Source: the human T2T-CHM13v2.0 reference genome, Homo sapiens
DNA length: 64,000 bases
Direction: 5' to 3' (one strand)
Assembly (NCBI RefSeq): GCF_009914755.1
Contig: NC_060935.1
The position numbers and the translations under genes were made by a program. The notes beneath the pieces were generated by a model. That model did no database searches. It worked only from the letters and a program-made list of their open reading frames with translations, and had not been told where the DNA came from. The first letter of the stretch is position 1. Every line of letters starts with the position of its first letter. Shown here piece by piece: positions 27,578 through 41,000 of this stretch.

Positions 27578-28375
27578 ATGCTACTTTGATTTATAGAACT
27601 TTATCTCTGAAAACCTAGGTTTAGAAACAATAGGAATAAAAGAGTTTGAGTTGCTCTATTAATATATTGAATTCACTTTACAATAGATCTCACTATGGGA
27701 TATCCCTAAATAGCTAGCTCTCCCTATGCATTTCAATTTCAATTGGACTTGCAAAAATTTGATTTACCTACAACTTCTCAGAAATATATGTACAGAACAG
27801 GTCTTTGGTATGAGACACACACTGCTCCAGGCATCCTCATTTAAAAGAGTTACGTGACGGTAGGAGGCAAAGGGGGTAAATTTCAAGCTTGACTGTAGAG
27901 GCCAGTGAGGGAAGAGGCAAATTATAGACTCTGGCACATTTTCTGGCAATATCAATCTAACTCCTAGTTCTCTGCTTTGCTTATAATTAGGAATGCACAG
28001 GGCTATCAGATTTACCAAGCACTTTCACATTCTTTTTTTCTAATTTAACAGCTTATGTACTTTGCCACAGGGAGAATGATACTTTTTCTTTCCTATCAGA
28101 ACACTCTTAAACTTTAATACCCACCTTTTTCATGAAGACTTTCCTCACTACTCCAGGGAAAGGCAGTGATAGCCTTCTTTCTTGCCTTCAGTTTAGTTCA
28201 ACAGTTATTTGAGAGCAAACTAGGTACTGAATGAAATGATAGGACACAATCTCTGTCTTCAAGAAGAGGCAAGCACATGAACAGATGGGGACAGTGCTTG
28301 GCATTGTGCCTGACATATGGTGGGTGGCATTTCATAAGTATGAATTGACTTGATTATTGCTTGATATGTAGAGGT

Positions 28376-28426
28376 ATGTGTGTGTGTGTGTCTGTGTGTC
28401 TGTGTGTGTCTGTGACTGTCTGTGTG
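28376..28426. repeat. (TG)n/(TCTG) imperfect microsatellite
   Basis: Direct reading. Confidence 0.9.
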
Positions 28427-28559
28427 TTGCTACAGGAATTCAGTGGAAGACCTGACCTAGTGTGGAGGTCTTTGTTTGGGTTGAGGACAGATTTCAGGAG
28501 TTTTCTTAGATTAGATGATACCTAATCTCTGTCCTAAATGATAATAATAATTATGGCAG

Positions 28560-28775
28560 TGGCTATATGCTAGGTACTTTTCTAAATGCTTTATATGCAT
28601 TAATTTATTTAATCCTTACAAACAATTCCAGTAGCAACTAAATGCTATTGTTCTCCCTGCTTTGCAGACAAGGAAACTGAAGGTTTGAGAGGTTAAGGAA
28701 CATGTCCAGGGTTATCTGGCCAAGAGGAACTGGAGCCAATATTTTAATCCAAGAGATGTAACCTTCACCACTGTG
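28560..28775 (-). mobile_element. MIR SINE
   Basis: ctatatgctaggtacttttctaaatgctttatatgcattaatttatttaatcc...tttgcagacaaggaaactgaagg. Confidence 0.85.
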
Positions 28776-28900
28776 TAGAGTGGTCATATATTTTTCATCC
28801 AAACTGAGTCACTGCTGAAAGCGAGAGATACTGCTATTAGATAACTAATATACAAGTAACTGATTCTGTCCCAGGCAAACTGGGATGTATGGCAACATTA
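28776..28900. mobile_element. MER94/MER81-like hAT-Blackjack MITE
   Basis: tagagtggtcatatatttttcatccaaactgagtcact...ctgtcccaggcaaactgggatgtatggcaacatta, with decayed TAGGGTGACCA-type terminal inverted repeats. Confidence 0.65.
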
Positions 28901-31577
28901 CCAAACTCTCCCTGCTTACTAAATTCTATATTTCCCACAAAATATATGTGGTAGCTTACAAAAAACTATGTCTTCTAACATTTTAAGCTTTTTCCCCCAT
29001 TCTCCATAGCACCTAGTAGCACTTATAGTGGTGAGTGTGTACATAGTCAATAACTAAAAAGGAGCTATTGACCTTGATATATAAAATTGAAATAATCAGA
29101 TGGTCTAGCCCACTATTTTTCATTTCAAATGATAAGGTAGTTGGTTAAATATATCCTCTATCTTGAACAGTAGAAGTGAGGGACAGACAATGAGGATGGT
29201 GGAAAAAAGAAAAACTGCTACAGTTATGGAAGGACATGTGGGAGTATGGGACATTGTGAAGGAGGGAAGGAGGAGGAAGAAGTGATAATTCATCCTGGTT
29301 TGAGACTGCTTTAGACCCACTATTCTTAGTCATTTTTGTGTCATAATTCACATGATGCATTAATTCCCTGGGAATGCTCAGATTAGCTATAATATGGCTG
29401 CAGAAGAGATAAGAAAGGCAGCAGGTTTTGTGTAATTAATTCCTATAATCTAACTCCACTTCTGTCATTCCCTCTCCATAACTGAAATATGAGCAAATGA
29501 GAGGGACTTTATGATTGGGATAACCTTGAGTTCATTCTTATTGACATTCAATAAGTAAAGCACTCTAAATTTCTGTACCTTAATTATGAGTAGTCGTGAA
29601 TCACATGTTGCTCATCTCCCATACAAACAGGGCAGGCCAGGACAAACATGACCTAAAACAATGTTGAAAACTGGCTCCAGTAGAAATAATTCTACTCCAG
29701 GCTAAAATATGAGACTTAAATTTACTGAATTGCTGTCTAAAATTAGTAGCAGCGTAATTCTGACCTTCTTTCATTTCCAAAAGAAATATCCTATTTTCTT
29801 AGCTGTTTCCCATCAATTCTGCATTCTGAGTGGGTTTGTGAGCCAGTAACCGCATTAACACCAATAGATGGGATCTTCTTGTTTGTTTGGTGTCTGGGCC
29901 TTTCTGCATGGCTGAATTTTCAATTCTAACCATTCTTCAATTTCATGTTTGCTCTCTCTCTTTTTTTCTAACTCGAGAGTCAATGTTAGAGCTTGATTTT
30001 ATTGTGAATGCACATATGTTATATCTTGATACTAAGTAATATGAGAAGGGATTTCTGGCAAAGCATACTTAATCACTGTAAATATTTCCTGTTGTTATTC
30101 AAATTCATGATGAATTTTAATCAGGTAGAAAATATCCTTAATTGGTCCAATTTAGAACTTAATAGTAATCCACTGGAATAATGTGTGACAGTGTTGGGTT
30201 TAAATCTATGAATTTCTCATCTTTAAGGTACAAATGGGTTGCTACATAGGTATCAGTCTTTCTGTTTCACGACTCTACAAACAGAATGATTAAATGTTAA
30301 TTGGCAGCTCCGATGCTACAGTATAGAAGAAGCTTCAGATCATCATGACAATGCGACTGTCACTTTTTATCAAAACAACGATGTTTTGTCTTTGTGCACA
30401 TTTAAATTTTGGAGCCTAATTTTAAAATACCTCCTATCTGAGATGAGTGCTGTCATAGTCAATGAAAAAGTTGAGGCTTTGTGCCGTCCAATTTTGCCTT
30501 ACAATGTGGGCATTTAGGATCTTTAGTTGACCAATCCTTCTTGCTTATCTAACCTAGATGTCTGTGTTTTCCTTCATGGCAAACAATCTTTACCTTGTCT
30601 GCCATGTTTACTCCAGGTTCAGGGGCTTTTCTGCTAAAAGTCCTTCTTTTCCCCTATTAGAATACCCTACTATTTCCTTCCTGCAAACTCTGGGCCTAAA
30701 TATTTAGAGAGTAGACTCTGGATTTCTTCATCTTCTTCATGCGTTGCTGTGAGGATTAAATAAGCTAATGCATATAAAACAGTGCAATACCTGGTATGTA
30801 GAAAGTGCTTCCTAAGTGGAGATGTCATGAATGTTTCTGTCGCCATCAACTTTCTGAACCATCCTGCTCAAAATACCAAGAACCTCACTTTGTTTTGAAT
30901 TCCACCTTAGTGAAGTAAAATTTGTCTCTCCAATGAAGAGAGCTGAAATTGTTCCCAAGGTAGTGAGATTGTAATGATTGAGGAGACATTTATTTCCAGA
31001 GCCCTCTTGTCTTACTCGCATGGGATTATTGGAAAGTGATGGCAGTTATATTTCTACATCATGGGCAGGGGGAGTACAGAAAGCTGCCTATGAGCCCAGT
31101 CTGGCCCACCTGAGGTTTATTGTGTGACAGTTTCCTACTAAGGCCATACTGGCAGGCTTGAACCAATTAGTGATTGCTATTGAATAGTCACTATAGCATT
31201 TTTAGGCCTTAAAATTTGATTCCATTGAAATTATCTCACAAAATTAAGGGAAAAACTGAAGGATTCTTTACACAAGAGAAGGAGGTGAGCCAGGTGTCCT
31301 TATGCACTTTGCCTACGTTTGCGTCACATCCAATAGATGTAGAGTGAGCATGGGTCCTCTCTTCTCTATGTTGTCATCAATCAAAGTTTAGGTGGTGACA
31401 GAAATGTGAATTTCTGATAATATGGGTTCTTGATGAAACTTCATATCTATTATTTAAGCCATTCAGTCTGTGGTATTTTGTATTTTGTTATTGCACCCCA
31501 AACTGATGTTAAGGGATGTTAATGCACTCCTGATTTAAGGAGTGATAACATGTTATTTGGTCAAGTCGAGTTCTTCA

Positions 31578-32745
31578 GTTTTTTTAATTTTTATTTTTAA
31601 TTTACAAAAAATAATTGTGTATATTTGTGGATTACAATGATGTCTCAATACATGTATACATTATGGAATGATCAAATCAGGCTAATTAACATATCTATCA
31701 TCTCGCATACGTATCCCTTCTTTGTGGTGAGAACAAAATGGTAGAGAAAATCTACTATTTTGAGGAATTTAGAAATACACATTATTATGAACTATAGTCG
31801 CCATGCTATGCAATAGATGACCAGAACTGATTTTTTTGTCTAACTGAAACTTTGTACATTTTGACCAATATCTCCCCTTTTTCTATCTACCCCCTGCCAT
31901 CTTTCAGCCCCTGGTAACCACCGTTTTACTCCCTACATCTATGAGTTTGACTTTTTTAGATTCCACATAGATGTGAGATCATGCAGTATTTGCCTTTAGG
32001 TGCCTGGCTTATTTCACTTAGCATAATGTCATCTAGCTTCATCCATGTTGTCACAAATGACAACATTTCTTACTTGTTTAAGGCCGAAGAGTATTCTATT
32101 GTGTATATGTACCACATTTTCTTTATCTAGTCGTCTGTTGATGGGCACCCTGGTTGTTTCCATAGCTTGGAAATAATAAACAGTGAATAATACTGAAATG
32201 CACATGCAAGTGTAGACATGTCTTTGACATAATGATTTCAATTCCTTTGGGTATATGCTCAGTAGTGAGATTGCTGAATCACATGGTAATTTTATTCTTA
32301 GTTTTTGGAGGGACCTCCATACTGTCTTTTTATAATGGCTGTACTAATTTACATTCCTACCAACAGTGTGCACCCATTCCCTTTTCTTCACATCCTCACC
32401 AATACATGTTACCTTTCATTTTTTTTATAATCGTTCTAACAGGTGTGAGGTAATGTCTCATTGTGATTTTAATTTGTATTTCTCTGGTGATTCATGATGT
32501 TGAACTTTTAAAAATGTATCTCTTGGCCATTTGTGTGTCTTTTTTGAAACACTTCTATGCAGGTGCTTTGCTCATTTTAAAAATCAGGTTATTTGTTTTC
32601 TTTTTATGGAGTACTTTGAGTTTCTTATATACTTTGAATATTACTCTCATATCTGATGTACAATTTGTACATATTTTTCTCCAGATCTGTCGGTTGTCTC
32701 TTCACTCTGTTAATTGTTTTCTTTGCTTTGCAAAGTTATTTCTTT
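31578..32745 (-). mobile_element. L1MA (MA7-9-like) 3' fragment
   Basis: T-rich tail, gaatgatcaaatcaggctaattaacatatc 3' UTR, then reverse ORF2 end; supplied ORF 32029..32241 is L1-derived. Confidence 0.92.
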
Positions 32746-33111
32746 CTTAGACACTAATATGAATTACCTAAAATTAGTGATCTAGTAAAAGAAGTACTAC
32801 TAGATTTTTATGGCCCTGTTTTTCTAATAGGGATTTCTTTGCTTTTTCCACAATGTTTCTGTTTTCTTGGCCTCACCTGAGGCTACTAATCACTAAATAT
32901 TTAATGAGACTTGATCCTCATCTTCAAGGAATTTGTAATCTAATTGAACAGATGAAATTAACTGTAGAATATCCCAGAACACTCTTCCCTTCCCCAAAAA
33001 GTGCAGGTAGTGTGCTGGATTATCTTAAGGACACTTTGCTAGGGGTTTATTTAATAGTTTTACAACAGTCATAATGAGAAATTTATTTCTTTTTCAATTA
33101 TAAAATTCTTT

Positions 33112-33404
33112 GGGTGGGGATCGTAGCTCACACCTGTAATCTCAGCGCTTTGGGAGGCTGATGCTGGAGGACTGCTTGAGCCTAGGAGTTTGAGACCAGC
33201 CCAGGCAATATAGTGAAACCTCATCTCTACAAAAATTTTAAAAATTAGCTAGGTATGACTTCTGCCTGGAGCCCCAGCTACTCAGGAGGCGGAGATGAGA
33301 GGATGGCCTGAGCCCAAGAGATCAAGGTTGCAGTGAGCCGAGACCACACTACTGCACTCCAGCCTTGGGGACAGAGTGAGAACTTGTCTTAAAAAAAAAA
33401 AAAA
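33112..33404 (+). mobile_element. AluJ element
   Basis: Diverged dimer with gcttgagcctaggagtttgagaccagcccaggcaatatagtga (J-type) and A tail. Confidence 0.93.
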
Positions 33405-33963
33405 GTTTTTCTGTTAGGTGCATTTAGTTAAATAAAATTTTAAAAAAGATTCAACTTAAAGGATATTTTTGAGTAAATGAAAATGGAGGTTTTTATGATT
33501 AGACAAAAACTGGAAGGTAACCCATGTGGTTCTCAGAGATGGGAAAGAATGGCTTTGATATTATGCATGGCTGAGGTTTGTGAAAGCTGAGAATCTGTAA
33601 TCTGACTGAACAGGGGATAGGAAAGGGGCATAGTATTACTGGCACTTAAAAAACTTTTTCGAATGACCTCGGTTCTTCCAAACTGGCAACTACTGATTTA
33701 TAGAACAATTAATTTATTGTCCATGGGTTCTAACCTTCAAGAAATATAGGAGTTCAGTAACAGTCTTGCTCATTATCAGATAAACAGCTGACAGCTTCTC
33801 CATGGAAAAGTTGGGCTGGAGCTAGATTCTGAAAACATAAAATATTTTGAATAGAAAGTAGTGAAGAGAGAATATTTTAGGCAAGTGGTCTAGCAGAAAT
33901 TTCGTGTAGAGGAAATAATATATTTGGAAGGTTTTGAAACACAATGAGAGAGTGGTTTGATTA

Positions 33964-34310
33964 TGTACTAGTTAGTTATTGCCACAATAGTCATATGTAA
34001 TAAATCATCTCAAAACTCAATGGCTTAAAAAAACTCATTTATTCTCAAGGATTTGCAGGTTGGCAGAGGTGGCTGTGCTTCATGATGTGAGTTGGCTAGT
34101 GTATTCTCATCCAACTTGTGATAGCAGGTGAGCACAGGCATGTTTTTAGTATGGCAAAGGAAAGTGCAAGACAAGCGCCAAAATATATAAAAACACATTT
34201 TAAGTCTTTGCTTATGTCAAATCTATTAACATCTATTGGCTAAATCAAGTCACTTGGCTAAGAACAAAATCAAAGAGCAAGAAAAATATACTCCATCCAA
34301 ATTTCTAGAC
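33964..34310 (-). mobile_element. MLT1 (H/I/J-like) LTR relic
   Basis: tagttattgccacaat...aaatcatctcaaaactcaatggcttaaaa...catttattctca...aacatctattggctaaatcaagtcacttggc. Confidence 0.7.
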
Positions 34311-34509
34311 ACCACGTGACAATACTGAGACTTGACATAAAGAGAATACTCAGTGAATAGTCTTTTATTTGCTTCCTGGAGCTACATTTTGCACATAGTT
34401 TGAGTTAGGAGTGGTCTTACCTGATTTATGTTTTTAACCAAAATATAGGGAAGTATTTGTGCAAAGGTTTAGGACAGAAATCAACACACTTTTTTTTTTT
34501 TTTTTTTTT

Positions 34510-34752
34510 TTTTTTTTGTAAAGGTCTAGCAAGTAAATATTTTAGGTTTCATAGGTCATACTGTCTGGGTAGCAACTACTCAAGTGTGTTAGCAGCAGGA
34601 AGGCAGCCACAGAATATATGTAAACAAATGGGTCTGGCTGTAATTCAATAAAACTTTACTTACACAAAGAGCTGGCTAGAGGACTGAATTTAGTTGGGGG
34701 CAGGGTGGGCGGGGGGCTCTGGATTTGCCCCCCATGCCATAGTTTGCAGACA
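34510..34752. mobile_element. MER58A-like hAT MITE
   Basis: tgtaaagg...agtaaatattttaggttt...gcagccacagaatatatgtaaacaaatggg...caataaaacttta...ccatagtttgcagac. Confidence 0.8.
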
Positions 34753-35875
34753 AATTATTTAGGAGACAACCTAGTATAAATATACATTAGGCAATGTCAT
34801 TTTGCTGTTCTTATATAATTAAATTAACCTGTATTACATAATCTTTTATTTATATCTTATCATCTGGAAGAAGAACAAACTCTGCGGTTGCTTTCAAAGC
34901 TGAGATTACAGTTGATGCTTCCTTTTGGTGTGCAAATCAGCGGGTGTTAATTGGAAAACAAATTTTTTACATGACTGAAATATGTTCTGATGTGGAATTA
35001 CTAATTTGTGCCTGATTCTGTTTGGCATGCTGCTGCTCATGATTTTTATCAGATAATTTACACAGAGATTCTCTTTTGGCCTGTGACATGAATTCTGAAC
35101 AATCAGAAAATGCTTTAAGATCAAGAGTAGACAATTTTTCTTTCTGTGAAAGAGAAATGAGTTGGCAAATAAAGTAGAAATAAATCATCTATTTCTATTT
35201 ATTTACAGCTGGAAGCCATTTAGGGTTCAATTTGAAGGGAGATTTTTGTTCTTCCTTTAGCTGAGCAGCAAACACATTGGCCTCGTACTTTCTCTACATT
35301 TTATCATAGAAGTTCCTTAGCTATGTATTCTGTACTGCCTTCTTGTTTCTGGTGAGTTTCCCTGTTCCTTTACTGGGGCAAGGTTTAGGGGCTCTCTGGC
35401 TTGGTCAGGTCATGTAGAAGCAGCCCAGCAAACTTTTTGTCTGAACATCCAACTCTTTTAAAGAAATCTTTCTCCATGGATTTCCTTAATATCTTGTTTC
35501 AAAAAAAAAAATGTTCTCTGCCTAGAAAACTACGTTTTTCTAGGTGAATCCTGAATCCTATTTCTATTTTTCCCCATCTCACCATTGATATACTAGGCAA
35601 AGTAAACACCATGTCAAAGAATTTTTTTTCTAAAAATGAGGATGCTCGAAGTGCCTATACTTCCCCATTAAAGTTCACATTTCTTTGGTGAACTGGATAC
35701 TCTTGCTCTCTCCCTGCAAGGTAACATAGCAGGAGCTAGAACAATTTTTAGACCTTTGAAACCTAATTTATTTGTCATCATTGAGATTTTGCTGGCTTTC
35801 ATTTGGCTGACATGTGAAGATGAGTAATACATTTATATTGTATTTATGGGGGAAAAGCAGATGAAATATTCAGGT

Positions 35876-35971
35876 TTAGGTTGATGCAAAAGTAATTGCA
35901 GTTTTTGCCACTACTCATGGTGAAAACCGCTACTCATGGTGAAAATCGCTATTACTTTTGCACCAACCTAT
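35876..35971. mobile_element. MADE1 (Hsmar1-derived MITE) palindrome with internal duplication
   Basis: ttaggttgatgcaaaagtaattgcagtttttgcca ... attacttttgcaccaaccta; 19-bp unit duplicated at 35911-35948. Confidence 0.93.
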
Positions 35972-36544
35972 AATACAAAGTGATACTAGGCAAGTGGATT
36001 TACTCAGGGGATATTTATTGAAAGGAGAAAAAAAAGCTGCTGTTTATTGAATGCCTACTTCATAACAGCTATATGGCTTTAAAGAGTTAGTAATTTGCCA
36101 CAGTCTCAGAGGTGGGGCATGGCAGAAATGAGATTGGAATCCCATTTCAACTGCAAAGCTCCTCTTTTCCTTACATCACTATTTCACATTAGCAATATGT
36201 ACTGATTTAAGGAAACAGCTGGGAAATTATGCCTCTTGTTTGCTGTCTCTGAACTATACATTCAGTAAGAAGTTTGAATTTTTATGATATTAGAGATGGG
36301 AAATGTTCACACTTAATTTTGTTAACATTTCTTTTCTCTCTATTATCGCAGGCTAAATTTTTCCACTTTCTTAAATGGACTGCAGAAAAATTGCAGAAAC
36401 CTTAAATCTTCATTTAATTAATAGAAAATACAACACCTTAATTGTCATTATTATTATTTTTTCTACTAGTGTACTGAAGAAGACATGCTGGCTTCTGAGT
36501 ATATGTGGTTCACTCTGTGAGAACAGTAGCTGAATTTTTAATAG

Positions 36545-37730
<1,186 letters not shown>

Positions 37731-38879
37731 GACCTTAAACCAAATTTCCAAATAGAAAAGTATGTTCAAGATTTATGAAAAAATAATGTGCTATTGGAGA
37801 ATTTTATTACCTCAGTATAATATAATCTTATACGTTTTTTATGAACATGATCTGTCTCTCCCAATAAATTATGGACTCTCTCAAACCAGTTCTGACTTAA
37901 GCCTTTTTCAAGGGCCAGCTTAGTGCAAGGCACATAGGAGGTGCATAATAAATGATTGTTGCTGAAGTGATATTAGAAACATTTAAATGTAGATTTTCTT
38001 TTAAAATTACTTTTACAGGTTTCAGAACATCTATTCATAGGGTCAGCTGAACAAATAAAGCTTGCGAATGAGAATATTATTCAGGAGAAGGGCTTGCTCT
38101 ATCCCTGTGAATGCTCAAGAGAGCTCCAGTGTTTGCAGAAAAGTTTTACAAAGATTAAAACAATATCTACTCCCCCTCCCCTGGTGAGATTATCATTAAT
38201 TAAGGAAATGCAGGCATCGATCTGTTTGATAGCATTCCATCAGCAGAGCTCTGGCCTATAAAACGCAGGTTGAGATTTTCACTCGTATTTCAAGGATGTT
38301 TCCCAGTTGGATGGCAGCATTTTGATCCCCCGTGTTACCTGTCAAAGGATAATGAATATAACTAGTGGGAACCATGCCGACCCAACAGATATTACTTTAT
38401 TTTAATAATGTGATTGGAATCAGGTGATTGGAATGTAGTGTTGAGTTGAACAGGGTTAGAAAATGAGTCACATCTCTGAACAAGTGAGATTGAGGGAGGG
38501 TAAAGGGAAATAGCTTCACTAGTCTGAAACAAAAGGAAAAAAATCTGCGTTTCCGTTACTATGATCATTTTTGGGGGCTCATAGGTGGAAAGAATAAATT
38601 TGCCTGTTTTCTTACATGTTGGCCCATAGTATGTTTTCTAGGTGTAGTGAAGGGCAATGCGATATAGAGGCAGTAGCACCATTCCTAAACCAGGAACGTG
38701 TGACTGGGAACCCCAAGTTGGCTAGCAACTGGTGTGTGAGCTTGGAGAAGTCACTTAACTTCATTGGCCTTCAGTTTCCTCTTTTGTAAAATGAAGTGAT
38801 TGGTTATAATCAATATCCCACATTCCCTCCTACCCCATTCTATGTCCTCCTCTTTTTTCTTAGTTCATTGGCATGCAAA

Positions 38880-39273
<394 letters not shown>

Positions 39274-39714
39274 TGAAGAAAAGCCCATACTATAAAAGAA
39301 TACTAGTTTTCCTACAAAAGCATTTAATTTATGATATGTTTTACCATAATAAAATGAATGTCCTCTGTTTTATTAACGAGGAGTTTTGATTGAAGTGAAA
39401 TCGTGTTTTCTAGAAAATGTAGATTTTTGCCTTAAGTTCTAATTATTGAAATGGAAAGTTTGAAGCCATCAAATAGTGAATCAACTTGTGAATTTCCTCA
39501 TCCTTCTAAATATAATATTAAAAAAATTGATATGCAATGTAAATATGTGTTACATTTTCAAACGGCAACTTCAGATACAGTATTTTGTTGTTAGCACCGA
39601 TAATTACTGATGCTTTAACAGCCAATCGCATAAGAATTGCCCTTCCTTGAGCTTAACCAATTGTCTGTCATCTTTTAGTGTGTTTTCCTCCCATCTCTTC
39701 ACTTGTCCATCTTC

Positions 39715-39768
39715 CCATCCATCCATCCATCTATACTTCCATCCTTCCATTAACCTATCCATCCATCC
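39715..39768. repeat. (CCAT)n imperfect repeat
   Basis: Direct reading. Confidence 0.8.
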
Positions 39769-39926
39769 TTAGGGCTGACAGGATAATTCAAACATATTGT
39801 AAAAGAATGTTTTCTCTCTTGATGTCTGCTACTAATGTTATAAATAAACAGCCCAAATCACATTTGTTTCTATTTTGAATTCTTTATAATTTGACTAGGA
39901 ACATACTTGTATTTAATTCCAGTATC

Positions 39927-40265
<339 letters not shown>

Positions 40266-40479
40266 TAACCTTCCTAAGCCTCGGTTTTAGTTTTCAAAAT
40301 TGAGATCCTGCTTCCCAGCTCACAGGGTTGTTGTGACTAAATGTGATAATGGGTATAAAGCTCTTAGTGCAGTGTCTGTCATACATAAATTCTCTCTCCT
40401 CTAGCTTTTAACCTGCACCTTGCTTACTAAGTTCTAGTAAAATGGATTGACTTTTAGCACCTTATCTGGCCTTTGATGA

Positions 40480-41000
40480 GTATTTCTTATCTATTAGGAA
40501 AGAGGCATCTGCAAATGACTCTAATTTAAACAAAAAGGGGCTTATTGCAAGGCTATCAGGAGCTCACAGAACTTATTGGTAGGATGATGAAACTTGTGTA
40601 GAAAGGGACTGAAACCAAGGAGGCTCCTAAGGGCCAGGATGCAGAAAGGAAGGAAAGATCTCATAGAAGGAATGGTTAGCTGGATACATCTAACCACCAT
40701 ATCCTCTGGCTTCTTATTTCTCTGTCTCTCAAGAGTCAAAATTGAATGAAAGGAAAAGTCTGATTCACTGAGCTTAGGTCACATGATGGCTGATCTTAGG
40801 TCATGTGACTTCTCCATTATTTTACTGGACATGTTAAAAGAAGGGCCCCATTCACTGAGACCCTGTAGTAGGAGGGAGTTTCTGGATTCCACCACAGTAT
40901 ATACACCAGTGAAGCATATGCAGTTCCCTGTAAGGGACCTTGACACCTGTTAGAAGAGGAAATGGATGCTGGATGGCCAAAAAATGGCAAATGTCAGTGA
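40480..41000 (-). mobile_element. Old MLT1 (K/L-like) LTR relic
   Basis: gactctaatttaaacaaaaaggggcttattgcaaggctatcaggagctcacagaa...gtctgattcactgagcttaggtcacatg...ggaaatggatgctgg. Confidence 0.6.

Noticed and set aside
35700-35726. Recursive-splice-like AG|GT (ctctccctgcaag|gtaaca)
   Set aside because: AAG acceptor and non-consensus donor are both weak.
35911-35951. Repeat-spacer (CRISPR-like) pattern
   Set aside because: Two adjacent copies with no spacer, inside a MADE1, in eukaryotic DNA.
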